In this document: in pieces, positions 1 to 19,970 of the stretch | Layout: each line of letters opens with the position of its first letter | Position numbering within the stretch: position 1 is the first letter of the stretch | Source of the DNA: the human T2T-CHM13v2.0 reference genome, Homo sapiens | NCBI RefSeq assembly: GCF_009914755.1 | Contig: NC_060931.1 | Length of the DNA stretch: 64,000 nt | Strand: one strand, 5' to 3' | The notes under the pieces: model-generated | Told to the model about the DNA's origin: nothing | The model's database searches: none | Seen by the model: the letters and a program-made list of their open reading frames with translations, nothing else | Made by a program: the position numbers and the translations under genes

Positions 1-111
1 CTGAACATCACATGCCAAGCATCATACTAGGTGCTGGGGTAGAATGGGAAGCAAAAGAGGCCCAGTTTCCACCCTCAGAGAGTTCTAGTCTAGTGGACGA
101 GGCAGATGTCA

Positions 112-414
<303 letters not shown>

Positions 415-1024
415 CTATCTCAAAATAAATAAATAAATAAAGTGTATTGTTTTAATTCACTAAGTATTGGGGCCATTTGTTATGTGGCAATAGATAACAA
501 TGGCATACCACTGGATCTGTCCCCCACAGGAAGGCCATGGGTGACATTTCTCTCAGACCTTGGTAACAGGGAGAGCCGTACTTCTCCCCAACACCTTTTC
601 TGCTGTTTATCTTATGGAACAATGAATCATTTAAATACCATGTTTCTTCTTTGCTTTGCCTACTAGGAAGCTCCTAGCCAAATCTGCAACCACTTCTAGC
701 TACTGTACCAGACCACAGAGGAGACTTTTTAAAAAAATATTCTTAGCTGACCTTTAGTTTCCCTTTATGCAGATTTCTCTGTTAATATATATTTAAAACC
801 TTGCTGTATGTTGTCAGAAATTTGATCATATCAAGGAATGTAATATGTTTATTTATTAGAGATGGGATCTCACTATGTTGCCCAGGCTGGAGTGCAGCAG
901 CTATTCACAAGCATGATCACAACACAGTACAGCCTCAAACTGCAGCACTGCACCAGCCAGGTACAGCAGTGGTCGTGCCTATAATCCCAGCAGTTTGGGA
1001 GGCTGAGGTGGGAGGATCGCTTGA

Positions 1025-1402
<378 letters not shown>

Positions 1403-1687
1403 TGACACCCTATGTCGAAAAAAAACAAAACCAAAACCAACAAACAAATAAACAAAAAACTAGCCACTAGTGGTGTGGGGTTTTTTGGAGGAGTGATTAA
1501 AATGTTCTGAAATTAGATAGTAGTAACAGTTGTGCAGCCTTGTGAATATGTTAATACTAAAATCCACTAAATTGTAAACTTTAAAATGGTGAATTATGGT
1601 ATGTGAATCATATCTCTATTTTTTGAATTGGCCATCAGTTGGTAATTGTGGAAAATGAGTGATGGGAAGAGAGATTAGTTATACGAT

Positions 1688-2738
<1,051 letters not shown>

Positions 2739-4039
2739 CTAACACAGTGGAAAATACAGATTTTTAATTATTCGCTCTTTTAACAAACACATAGGCAGAC
2801 TTACTATATGCCAAGTGCAGTTTTAAGCACTTAACAAGTATCAGCTCAGAAATCCCAGTCTGGGGCTGGGTGCAGTGGCTCACGCCTGTAATCCCACCAC
2901 TTTCAGAGGCTGAGATGGGCAGATCACTTGAGGTCAGGAGTTCGAGATCAGCCTGGTCAACATGGCGAAACCCTGTCTCTACTTAAAAAAAAAAAAAAAA
3001 AATTACAAAAAAATTATTAGGGCATAATGGTACATGCCTGTAATCTCAGCTACTCAGAAGGCTGAGGCACAAGAATCACTTGAACCTAGGAGGTGGAGGT
3101 TCCAGTTAAGCCAAGATCACACCACTGCACTCCAGCCTTGGCAAGAATGAGACTCTCAAAAAAAAAAAAAAAAGAAAAAAAAAGAAAAAAAAGAAAGAAA
3201 AGAAACCCTAATCTGCTTAGTTGCATGCTCATACAACTTTTTTTTTTTTTTTGAGACGGTCTCACTCTGTTCCTCTGGCTGCAGCGCAGTGGTGCGATCT
3301 CGGCTCACTGCAATCTCCAGCTCCTGGGTTCAAGCAGTTCTTTAATTCTTGTGCCTCAGCCTCCCAAGTAGCTGAGATTACAGGCACGCACCACCACAGC
3401 CGGCTAATTTTTGTATTTTTCACAGAGATGCGGTTTCGTCATGTTGGCAAGGCTGGCCTCAAAACCCCTGACCTCAGGTGATCCGCCTGCCTCAGCTTCC
3501 CAAAGTGCTGGGATTATAGGCGTGAGCCACTGCGCCTGGTCTAAAATTTTTTTATATTGAAATAGAGACAGCATCTCACTATGTTGCCCAGGCTGGTATC
3601 GAACTCCTGGGCTCAAGCAATCCTCCTGCCTCAGCCTCCCAAAGTGCTTAGATTACAGGTGTGAGCCACCTGCCTGATCACAACAAGCAATTTCTAATGC
3701 ACTGGTGGTCTTGCTAAAAGTAAAGAAAATCTCTAAGAGCCCATGCCATCCCCAACACCACTCCCAAAAAACAGGGAACTTAAAATGGCATGGTTAACAA
3801 TAAGCAGAGAGGCTGGGCACAGTGGGTTCATGCCATTCTCCCGCCTCAGCCTCCTGAGTAGCTGGGACTACAGGCGCCCGCCACCATGCCCAGCCAATTT
3901 TTTTTGTATTTTTTAGTAGAGATGGGTTTTACCGTGTCAGCCAGGATGGTCTCGATCTCTTGACCTCGTGATCCACCTGCCTAGGCCTCCCAAAGTGCTG
4001 GGATTACAGGCATGAGCCACCGCGCCCGGCCCCGATCTT

Positions 4040-4250
4040 TTTACTGTCTCCATAGTTTGTCTTTTTCAGAATGCCATATAGCTAGAATCCTATAGTATGT
4101 AGCCTTTTCAGATAGGCTTCTTTTAATCAGTATCATGCATTTAAGTTTCCTCCATGCCTTTCCATGGGTTGGCAGCTTATTGCTTTTTAGTGCTAAATAA
4201 CAAACATTACATTGTCTGGATGCACCACGGTTGATCCATTCACCTGCTGA
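4040..4250 (-). mobile_element. Old L1M 3' end fragment
   Basis: TTACTGTCTCCATAGTTTGTCTTTTTCAGAATGCCATATAGCTAGAATC... typical antisense L1MC/MB 3' UTR. Confidence 0.65.
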
Positions 4251-4280
4251 GGAATAGGCCCCTTTAAGGACCCTGGATGA

Positions 4281-4637
<357 letters not shown>

Positions 4638-4850
4638 TGATCCGCCCACCTCGGCCTCCCAAAGTGCTGGGATTACAGGTGTGAGCCACTGCACCCAGCC
4701 TTCTCTCAGTTCATTTCTATGGGAGCCAGGGCTGAGGGGAATGGAAGGGATGCAAAAAAAAAGTATTACAGCAGGGCACAGTGGCTCCTGCCTGGAATCC
4801 CAGCCCACCAAGAGGCCACAGCAGGCAGACTGCTTAAGGTCAGGAGTTCA

Positions 4851-5045
<195 letters not shown>

Positions 5046-5176
5046 TCAGAAAGTGATAAGAGGTAAGAGCTGAATTAAGGAAGAAGGGTTCTAGCCCATA
5101 AATGCCCTACAGCTCACAGCTCCACATGACACGGGCTGAGAAGTTTCACGACCCCAGTGCATGAAAAGAACTCTAC

Positions 5177-5261
5177 CTGTTTGCCCATCAGCACCCCATC
5201 CACAAGAATAGACTTCTCCTTTATCCGTCAGGAACAGACTATGATCCTGACCACAGGCGAC
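5177..5261 (-). CDS. RCC1L: RCC1L coding exon 6
   Basis: CTAG|GTC acceptor, G|GTAGAG donor; VACGQDHSLFLTDKGEVYSCGWGADGQT, a classic RCC1 repeat; 85 nt. Confidence 0.96.
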
Positions 5262-5841
5262 CTAGCAGACAAACAGAGGTAAGGGGGATGAGAAGAAATA
5301 CTTAGAACCCTGGTGTCCTCATCCAAAGAAGGACCAGCACCATCGCCTGCCGCTCCTGGGCACCTGGAGCATGGTCCAGGCAGACTGCTCCATGCTCATC
5401 TTACTCCTTCTCAATCTACCAGTCTCCCACTGCATTGAAACTGCTCTTGTTAAAGTAAAATGCAGATCTCCAAAGGGGCAAATCCAAGAGCTCTGCCATC
5501 CATCCCACGCCATCTCCAAAGAACCACCCCTTCTCCATAACCCTTCTCCTCCCAGCCCTCTCTTCTACTTTCACAGCTTCCAGCCTTGCTCACACACTCA
5601 GCCTCTACTTCAGACCCTTTGCTGTTGGGATCTCTCTCCAGGGTGTGTCTCCTGCCCTCCTCTCTCCTCACTCCTCATGCTACCCTGGGAGATGGGAGCC
5701 ATTCTCAATGCTTAACTGTGGCCTCTGCACTGTGATCTCTGGTCTCAACAACTCTCCTCAGTTCCAAACTCATTTTTCTAACTGCCTAAAGAAAAGCACC
5801 ATCTATTGAACAATTTTTACACCAGGCATTGTGTTAAGTCA

Positions 5842-6187
<346 letters not shown>

Positions 6188-7263
6188 TCAGTCTAATAGG
6201 TGAAGGAGGCCTGACATGGTGGCTTACACCCATAATCCCAACAGTTTGGGCAGCCAAGGCGGGAGGATGGCTTGAGGCCAAGAGTTTGAGACCAGCCTGG
6301 CCAGCACAGTGAGAATCTGTCTCTTTAAAATAATTAGCCGAGGATGGTGATGCACACCTGTAGACCCAGCTACACAGGGGGCTGAGGCAAGATCACTTGA
6401 GCCCAAGAGTTCAAGGCTGCAGTGAGCTATGATCGTGCCACTGCATTCCAGCCTAGGCAACAGAATGAGACCCTGCCTCTAAAAAATTTCCAAATAAAAC
6501 CAAAAAGCCAGCCGTATCACAGTATGATTAGTGCTGTGGTGTTCTAAGCCAGCTGTATTTTGCTCTCCATTTTATTCTCATCCCCAGAATAGTGCCTGGC
6601 TCATGGTAGGTACCTATCATAAATATTTCAATGCACATATGCATGAATACAGCAAGTGCTGTGATACTTTTGCCTCAGCCTCCCCAGAGGCTGACGTTAC
6701 AGGTGTGAGCCACCACATCCGGCCTCAGTTAGCTTTTTAACTTGTTCACTCACTAGAGTGTCATCCCCAAAAATCTGTTTTTTTTTGAGACAGAGTCTTG
6801 CTCTGTCATCCAGGCTGGAGTGCAGTGGTGCAATCTCTCAGCTCATTGCAGCCTCCACCTCCCAGGTTCAAGCAATTCCTGTGCCTCAGCCTCCTGAGTA
6901 GCTGGGATTACAGGCATGTGCCACCACACCCGGCTAATTTTTGTATTTTTAGTAAAGACGGGGTTTCACCATGTTGGCCAGGGTGGTCTGGAACTCCTGA
7001 CTTCAGGTGATCCACCTGTCTCGGCCTCCCAAAGTGCTGGCATTACAGGTATAGCCACCACACCCGGCCCCAAAATCTTATTAAACTTTGTATCCCTAGA
7101 ATCTAGCATAAATCCTGGCCTATAGTAAGTAGGCTACAATTTTTACTAAAATAATTTAATTCAGAAAATCCCCCTAACAAATTTGCCATCACCCTACCCA
7201 AATCTCAACTTTTCAAAAGCACCCCAGGAACACAACAAGCAGCTCTCGGCCCATCTCTCTTAC

Positions 7264-7315
7264 CTGGACCACCTGGCCATCGAAGTCCTGCATCCTGTGG
7301 ACTCTGTGACTTTCA
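7264..7315 (-). CDS. RCC1L: RCC1L coding exon 5
   Basis: TGTAG|T acceptor, CAG|GTAAGA donor; (S)ESHRVHRMQDFDGQVVQ; 52 nt. Confidence 0.95.
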
Positions 7316-8195
7316 CTACAGCCAGGAACAAATTGGGAAGAAGCAAGGGATGCGGTCATGACAAGCACTGTGCAGCCCTTTCCCTGTCACCCCAACTGAT
7401 GGCCCGTCCCCTCCGCTCACACAGTAACTGTTGGGGTAACTCTCAAGGTCAAATCTGAGGTCGAGTCAGGCCTGGTCATGAAAGTAAAGCCAAACAAAAT
7501 CCTAGGTGATTTTAACACATGGCCAAAGTTGAGAGTGGTGTTAAGGCCCTCCAACAACATACAAGGAACTAGAGGGAAGTGTTTTTAAACACTAAAATGA
7601 AAAGAACTCACCGGGCGCGGTGGGTCACGCCTGTAATTCCAGCACTTTTAGAGGCCGAGGTGGGCGGATCACTTGAGGTCAGGAGTTTGAAACCAGCCTG
7701 GCCAACATGAAGAAACCCCATCTCTACTAAAAATACAAAAAATTAGCCAAGTGCGGTGGCGGACGCCTGTAATCCCAGCTATTCGGGAGGCTGATACATG
7801 AGAATCGCTTGAACTTGGGAGGCGGAGGTTGCAGTGAGCCTAGATCTCACCACTGCACTCCAGCCTGTGTAACACAGTGAGACTCCACCTCAAACAAACA
7901 AACAAAAAATAAATAAAAATAAAATGAAAAAAATGAAATAAAAATAAAATGAATAAAGGGGAATGTTTAAAAATCAATTTGGTAAAATAAAAACTTAATT
8001 TGTAAAAATTCATCCTAAGAGGGCAGGACGTGGTGGCTCATGCCTGTAATCCCAGCACTTTGGGAGGCCAAGGCAGGCAGATCATGAGGTCAAGAGATGG
8101 AAACCATTCTGGCCAATATGGTGAAACCCCCTCTCTACTAAAACTACAAAAATTAGCCGGGCGTGCTGGCACGTGCCTATAGTCCCAGCTACTCA

Positions 8196-8330
<135 letters not shown>

Positions 8331-8551
8331 TTACACATTAAAACCAATGCTCATGCCCCCTCTTCTCCCACCAAGCTAACACATGGTGCTCAACCTGAAA
8401 CAGACAGCACTCCCCCAGCTTTCTGCTGAGTTCTCACGGCCCCCTCTCAGGCATGCCTCTGACCGCCCCGCGGGTTTACCACAGTCATCTCCCTAGAAAT
8501 GTTTTGACACTTAACTCAACATGGGGAAGGGTAGGCCTTTTAGGAACTCAC

Positions 8552-8618
8552 CTGTAAATTTCATTTTCGACCACCTTTCTTCCACATTGCCCATAAGAAT
8601 TGTTTCCCATGCTGAAGA
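8552..8618 (-). CDS. RCC1L: RCC1L coding exon 4
   Basis: TTTTTAG|TC acceptor, AG|GTGAGT donor; (V)FSMGNNSYGQCGRKVVENEIY; 67 nt. Confidence 0.95.
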
Positions 8619-8936
8619 CTAAAAATAACACCACCAATCAAATCAGTTCTGCAGGTTTGTGGGATCCTAGAATGTGAGGACTGGAAGGGGTCTCGCTGGT
8701 GGTCCCGTCCTGGTTACTCACCCCCACCCCCCAACTGCCCCTGGGTTTCCTTCTCCAACTTTCTCAGGCTCTGCAGAAACTCACAAGGGGCATGGGGGAA
8801 TCTAGACCCGCCTTCCCCTCCTGGCCCTAGATCCACTTCTTGGGAATTCCACCTTCTGAGGCTAGAACCGGACTCCCCACACCTGTCACCAGGCTGCCCT
8901 TAACACCAATCCCCTCTAGAAAGAGCCCCTAAATGC

Positions 8937-9173
8937 AGCGCCTCTGCCCTGTCTGGGAAGTGAGGAGCGCCTCTGCCCAGTCGTCAACTGTCTGGGAAGT
9001 GGGGAGCACTTCTGCCTGGCCACTGCCCCATCTGGGAAGTGAGAAGCACCTCTGCCCAGCCGCTGTGCAACCTTCCAAGTGTGAAGTGACAGCCTTGTGT
9101 GTGATCTTTCCCATCTTCCCCAAGTTTGCATTTTCGACATTAACGTTTACTTTTTAATTAAAAAAAAAAAAAA
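8937..9173 (+). mobile_element. SVA2-type retroposon (VNTR units, unique 3' end, polyA) with 19-bp TSD
   Basis: Repeated GCCTCTGCCC...TCTGGGAAGTGAGGAGC units, then GTGCAACCTTCCAAGTGTGAAGTGACAGCC... and polyA; TSD AGAAAGAGC(C/T)CCTAAATGC at 8918-8936 and 9174-9192. Confidence 0.85.
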
Positions 9174-9247
9174 AGAAAGAGCTCCTAAATGCCACCTCCG
9201 CCTTCTCCTACAGAGCACACTCAGCCAGAAAATGAAATTTGAGGCTA

Positions 9248-9610
<363 letters not shown>

Positions 9611-9646
9611 TTACCCAGGGGCCCGGACTCTGAAAGCCCCCAACTA

Positions 9647-10073
<427 letters not shown>

Positions 10074-10317
10074 TTACATTTATAAATACATGTGATTTTC
10101 CAAGAACCAGAGAGCAGAGCACATAAGAATCAACAAGGTGGCCAGGTGCAGTGGCTCACGCCTGTAATCCCAGCACTTTGGGAGGCTAAGGCGGGCGGAT
10201 CACGAGGTCAGGAGATTGAGACCATCCTGGCTAACATGGTGAAACCCCGTCTCTACTAAAAATATAAAAAATTAGCTGGATGTGGTGGCGGGCACCTGTA
10301 GTCCCAGCTACTACTCA

Positions 10318-10416
<99 letters not shown>

Positions 10417-10633
10417 TCATCTCAAAAAAATAATAAATAAATAAAAATAAATAAAGAATCAACAAGGTTTGTCCAGCTGTCTTGAGCAATCCCACTGATC
10501 TGCTCAGGAAATACCACATTTCACTCATTAGATGTGGCTCAATCGATCAAGCCACTCAGGCCTGATTTGAGGCTCCAGTTCACAGTGAAATGGTCCCTGC
10601 ACTCTTCCATCACCCTTCAATAGGTCAACTCAC

Positions 10634-10762
10634 CTCCTTCCCTGTCAGTCAACACAAGAGAGTGAGCTCGGCCGCAGGAGACCTGCAGCACCCGTGTCTC
10701 CTGAGGTCTGTCCAGAGGCAGGGAGACGGGTGAGGGCTCCAACACATACTCGTAGCCCCTCG
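10634..10762 (-). CDS. RCC1L: RCC1L coding exon 3
   Basis: TTTTCCAG|CG acceptor, G|GTGAGT donor; (T)RGYEYVLEP...VSCGRAHSLVLTDREG, an RCC1 repeat motif; 129 nt. Confidence 0.96.
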
Positions 10763-11110
10763 CTGGAAAAGACACAGGACACTGATTGAGGCATGCATTT
10801 CTACCACTGGAAATCATACTGTCCAACTCCACGCTACTACACTGGAAAAAAGAGAGTCGGAGGTAGGAAAGACTCATCAAGACAGGTAAGTTAGGCGCAG
10901 AGCAAGGACCAGAAGCCCAACTCCCAGCCCATGGCATGGGCTGTCTCTATTACATAATGCGGGTTCCAGAAAAGCATACTTGGTCTTCTGGCTGGGCGCA
11001 GTGGCTCATGCCTGTAATCCCAGCACTTTGGGAGGCCGAAGCGGGCAGATCACCTGAGGTCAGGAGTTCGAGACTAGCCTGGCCAAAATGGTGAACCCCA
11101 TCTCTATTTA

Positions 11111-11432
<322 letters not shown>

Positions 11433-11642
11433 CTACTAAAAATACAAAATTAGCCAGACGTGATGGTGGACGCCTGTAGTCCCAGCTACTTAGGAGGCTG
11501 AGGCAGGAGAACTGCTTGAACCCAGGAGGCAGAGGTTGCCAGTGAGCCAAGATTGCACCACTGCACTCCAGCCTTCTGGGAGACAGAGCGAGACACTGTT
11601 TTAAAAAAAAAATACAAAAATACAAAAATCAGCCAAGCATCA

Positions 11643-11966
<324 letters not shown>

Positions 11967-12331
11967 CTAAAATTGCTCTGAATAAAAGGTATAAAAAATG
12001 TAACGCGGGCCGGGCACGGTGGGTCACGCCTGTAATCCCACCACTTTGGGAGGCCGAGGCAGGTGGATCACCTGAGGTCGGGAGCTTGAGACCAGCCTGA
12101 CCAACGTGGAGAAACCCCATCTCTACTAAAAATACAAAATTAGCCAGGCATGGTGGCACATGCCTGTAAATCCCAGCTACCTGGAAAGCTGAGGCAAGTG
12201 AATTGCTTAAATCCAGGAGGAGGAGGCTGCGGTCAGCCAAGATCACGCCATTGCACTCCAGCCTGGGCAACGAGAGTGAAACTCTGACTCAAAAAAAAAA
12301 AAAAAAAAAGTAATGTAACATCTTACAGCTA

Positions 12332-12490
<159 letters not shown>

Positions 12491-12550
12491 CTACTAAAAT
12501 CCCCAAATTAGCCAGGTGTGATGGCGGGCGCCTGTAGTACCAGCTACTCA

Positions 12551-12652
<102 letters not shown>

Positions 12653-13554
12653 TCAAACAAACAAACAAAAAAGATATCTGATACAAAATAAATGAAAAAA
12701 GACAGAAAACAAAATATATGCTATGTATGTAAAAATGTATTTGTCTGTGAACAAGGGAACAGGAAAAAACAAAAATGAAAGGTTTGTCCAGTATGTACTT
12801 CTGGGTAATTTCCTATGTTATTTTATATTTATTTATTTATTTATCTTTTATTTATTTTGAGACGGAGTCTTGCCCTGTCGCCCAGGCTGGAGGGCAGTGG
12901 TGCGATCTCGGCTCACTGCAACCTCTGCCTCCCAGTTCAAGCGATTCTCCTGCCCCAGCCTCCCGAATAGCTGGGATTACAGGCGCGCGCCTCCATGCCC
13001 AGCTAATTTTTGCATTTTTAGTAGAGACGGGGTTTCACCATGTTGGTCAGGCTGGTCTCAAACTTCTGATCTCGTGATCTGCCCGCCTCGGCCTCCCAAA
13101 GTGCTGGGATTACAGGCGTGAGCCACTGCGCCTGGCATTTCCTCTCTATTTTAGGAACTCTTTCTTTTTTCTTTTTTTTAAGAGACATGATCTTGCTCTG
13201 TTGCCCAGGCTGGAGTGCGGTGGCGCAATCACCGCTCACTGCAGCCTCAAACTCCTGGGCTCAAGCAATCCTCCTACCTCAGCCTCTGGAGTAACTAGGA
13301 TTATAGGTGCATGCCACCATGCTCAGCTAATTCTTTTTCGTTTTTCATTTCTTTTTTTTAGAGACAGAGTCTCGCTATGTTGCCCAGCGTGGTCTGGAAC
13401 TCCAGGCCTCAAGCAATCCCTCCCATCTCGGCCTCCCAAAGTGCTGGGATTACAGGCGTGAGCCCCTGTGCCTGGCCAAGGAAATATTTCTTACTGTTCT
13501 CACAGTAATTTTTAGCTAATGTCTACTTTTCTGTTTGTTTGTTTGTTTGTTTAG

Positions 13555-13698
<144 letters not shown>

Positions 13699-14087
13699 TA
13701 ATTTTTTATATTTTTAGTAGAGACGGGGTTTCACCATGTTGGCCAGGCTGGTCTCGAACTCCTGGCCTCAAGTGATCTGCCCTCCTCGGCTTCCCAAAGT
13801 GCTGGGATTACAGGCTGCCCTCCTCGGCTTCCCAAAGTGCTGGGACTACAGGCGTGAGGCACCACGCCCAGCCAGGCTAATGTCTACTTTTTAAAATGCC
13901 ATTATAAGTTATTTCTAACATTTTTACAATCCAAGGCTCAAACATTTGGAATAAAGCCTCCATGTTAACGATTTCAATGCTTTTTCCCTCCAAAACATAT
14001 TCTAGGCACTGCAGAGTACTTCACGCTGTCTGTCTCCAAGCCAGGAAAAAAAGGTCATCTCTTTTAGGCCACAAAAGAACATCTTTA

Positions 14088-14606
<519 letters not shown>

Positions 14607-14610
14607 TCAC

Positions 14611-14740
14611 TTTTATCTTTCCGGCTCCTGTGAAATCCAAGCTGAGAATCTTTGTTGAGTCCCATCCCCCAGACTTTCGTAACATCCGCAGTCTTAGAGG
14701 ACAGCAGTGTGAATCCATAGCCGCAAGCAGCAGATGAAAT
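14611..14740 (-). CDS. RCC1L: RCC1L coding exon 2
   Basis: TTTTCAG|ATT acceptor, A|GTGAGC donor; ISSAACGYGFTLL...RSRKDK; 130 nt, phase 0 to 1. Confidence 0.96.
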
Positions 14741-15149
14741 CTGAAAAGCAGTTCCCACAAAGCATGAACTGATTTATAATGTCAAGTTTGTTCAGTAGTA
14801 AATGACAGGTTATTTATCAAATCCAAGAACACATACTATTTACGGGGGTTTTGTTTTTGTTTTTGAGACAGTCTCACTCTGTTGCCCAGGCTGGAGTGCA
14901 GTGGCGCAATCTCGGCTCACTGCAATCTCCATCTCCCAGGTTCAAGCCTCCCAAGTAGCTGGGACTACAGGTGTGCACACCACGTCTGGCTAACTTCTGT
15001 ATTTTTAGTAGAGACAGAATTTCACTATGTTGGCCCAGGTGATCTCAAATTCCCGGCCTCAAGTGATCTGTCCGCCTTGGCTTCCCAAGGTGCTGGGACT
15101 ATATGCGTCAGCCACCGTGCCTGGCCCAAGAACACATATTATTAAGACA

Positions 15150-15880
<731 letters not shown>

Positions 15881-15933
15881 CTATATTTTGAGCCTAGGCA
15901 ACAAAGTGACAACCTGTCTCTATGAAAAAATCA

Positions 15934-16218
<285 letters not shown>

Positions 16219-16649
16219 TTACCCAGGCTGGTCTCAAACTCTTGAACTCAAATGATCCTCCTGCCTTGGCCTCCCAAAGTGCTGAAATTACAGGCATGAG
16301 CTACCGCACCTGGCCTATATTGTATGCTTTTTGTTGTTGTTGTTTAGTTTTTGTTATTGCTTTTGTTATTATATTTTCTATTTCTTATTGCTGTTAGCAG
16401 TAGTATAAGGCAGATGAGAAAGTGTGGCTTCTAAAGGTTGAGTAACTTGACTGCATGCTTTTCACTGACACTACACCGTTACGTACTCAGGCTATTACCA
16501 TGAAAAGGAAAACTCAGTACTACAGCTACTGTGAATTTAACACAGTGACAACCCCAAGGTCTTTGTTGGGTGTTTTAACTACACTCTCATCAATCCTCCC
16601 TTCACTGACCCGATGAGAAAACCGGGGCTTCCAGTGAGGTTGGATATAG

Positions 16650-16751
<102 letters not shown>

Positions 16752-17269
16752 TGAGTTCAGTTCAAGACCAGTCTAGCAAACATGGCGAAACCCCATCTCT
16801 ACTAAAAATACAAAAATTTGCCGGGCTAGGTGGCAGGACGATCTCTTGAGCCCAGGAGGTCGAGGCTGCAGTGAGCTATGATGACACCACTGCACTCCAG
16901 CCTGAGCGACAGAGCGAGACCCTGTCTATAAAAAATAAATTAAAACAAAAAAATCCCCTTTCTGAGTTGTTCATTGAAACACCTCAGCTGGTATACATTT
17001 TCAATGGACTTTTGAATTTTGCTTTCCTAACATCAGAACTCCTGCAGTCACGCTGGCCTGAGTGAGAATTCCACCGCATATAAACAGCTAGCAGCGGTGG
17101 GGCCTCGGGCCTCAACCTCTCTGGGCCTCCCCTTCCTTCCCTGTAATTGGGAATAACTGTCGACTCACTGGGTGCTAAGCGAATGACACGACCCGGCACA
17201 ACATCTGGCACTGCCACCCAATAAATGTTGATGGCCACCCCTAACGCCTTCCCCTCCTGGGCTTGCAGC

Positions 17270-18120
17270 CAGCTCGAGGGTCGTCCTGCCGGAAGTCTGT
17301 CCACCCAGAGGAGCCAACTTCTTGAAGAGAGCCGAACAGGTCGAGGGAGGCCGGGAGCGCGGAAGAGAGAGAAGGAGAGAGGGAGGAAGCCGCGGCCTGC
17401 ACCTTTTGGTCCAGCTCCAGGCGATAGGGCACGGGCTGGATCCTGCGGCGCGGTCGGGCGCCGGCGCGGGGCCCGGGCCCGGAGCTGGGCACCACAAAGG
17501 AAGGCACGCCCAGCGCCCCCGAGAAGCTGAAGCCCCACACGAAGACGCGATCGGCGCGGGCAGCGCGCTCGCCCACGTACTGGACCACGGGCACCTCCGC
17601 CTCGGCTTCTGCCGCTTCGCGCCGGCTCCGGGAGCGCCTGGCCGCCGTCCAGTGCCCTCGCCCCAGCCCCGGCCCGCTCAGCCGCCGCCCCAGCCGAGCC
17701 CCAGCCACCAACGCCACCAGCGCCATCCTCCGTTCCGCGCCTCAGCAGCCTCTGGGCGCCGCCATCTTGCGTGACCCTTAACACCAGTCCTCGCCGGAAG
17801 AGGCTACGGCCACTTTTACTCCTGGTTGAAGGCAAAGGCGCTGACGGCAGCCCAAGGCTCAGGGAGGCGTGGCGTGGCGATGGTGAGGGGCGGGGTTAGG
17901 GGCGGGATTAGGATTCTTGTCCCTTAGCGAAACTGCGTGTCCTGTTTTGCTCCCTTGCTATTGCCCCGCGACATTTCTTACCTGGCCTTGCTGCAGCCGT
18001 CTCCGCTCCGGTCTGCTCCCACGCCGCCCCAGGCCGTCCTCCAGCGACAGCGAGCTGGAGTGGACGATTCCCTGCTGCCTTCGCATCCCCTGCCCAGGTC
18101 CCCTCAAACCTATCGACAGG
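17270..18120. promoter_or_regulatory. RCC1L CpG-island promoter with YY1 motif and GC boxes
   Basis: High GC/CpG; GCCGCCATCTTG (YY1; CAAGATGGCGGC on minus) at 17758-17769; GGGGCGGGG at 17887-17895 and GGGGCGGGA at 17899-17907. Confidence 0.85.
17403..17726 (-). CDS. RCC1L: RCC1-like G exchanging factor-like protein, coding exon 1 (aa 1-108, includes Arg-rich mitochondrial targeting peptide)
   Basis: Translates MALVALVAGARLGRRLSG...PYRLELDQK, recognised as the RCC1L/WBSCR16 N-terminus; 324 nt; donor AAG|GTGCAG; lies in a CpG island. Confidence 0.97.
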
Positions 18121-18369
18121 CTCACTGCAACCTCCCCCTCCTGGGTTCAAGTGACTCTCGTGTCTCAGCCTCCCGAGTAGCTGGGACCACAGGCGTACGC
18201 CACCACGCCCGGCTAATTTTTGTATTTTTAGTAGAGACAGGGTTTCACGATGTTGGCCAGGTTGGTTTTGAACTCCTGACCTCCAGTGATCCACCCACCT
18301 CGGCCTCCCAAAGTGCTGGGATTACAGGCATAAGCCACCAACCCCAGCCTGTGCAGGCCTGTTTTATGG

Positions 18370-19970
<1,601 letters not shown>

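Noticed and set aside
16984-17835. 283-aa and other overlapping ORFs at the RCC1L start
   Set aside because: Stop-poor GC-rich alternative frames of exon 1 and the CpG island
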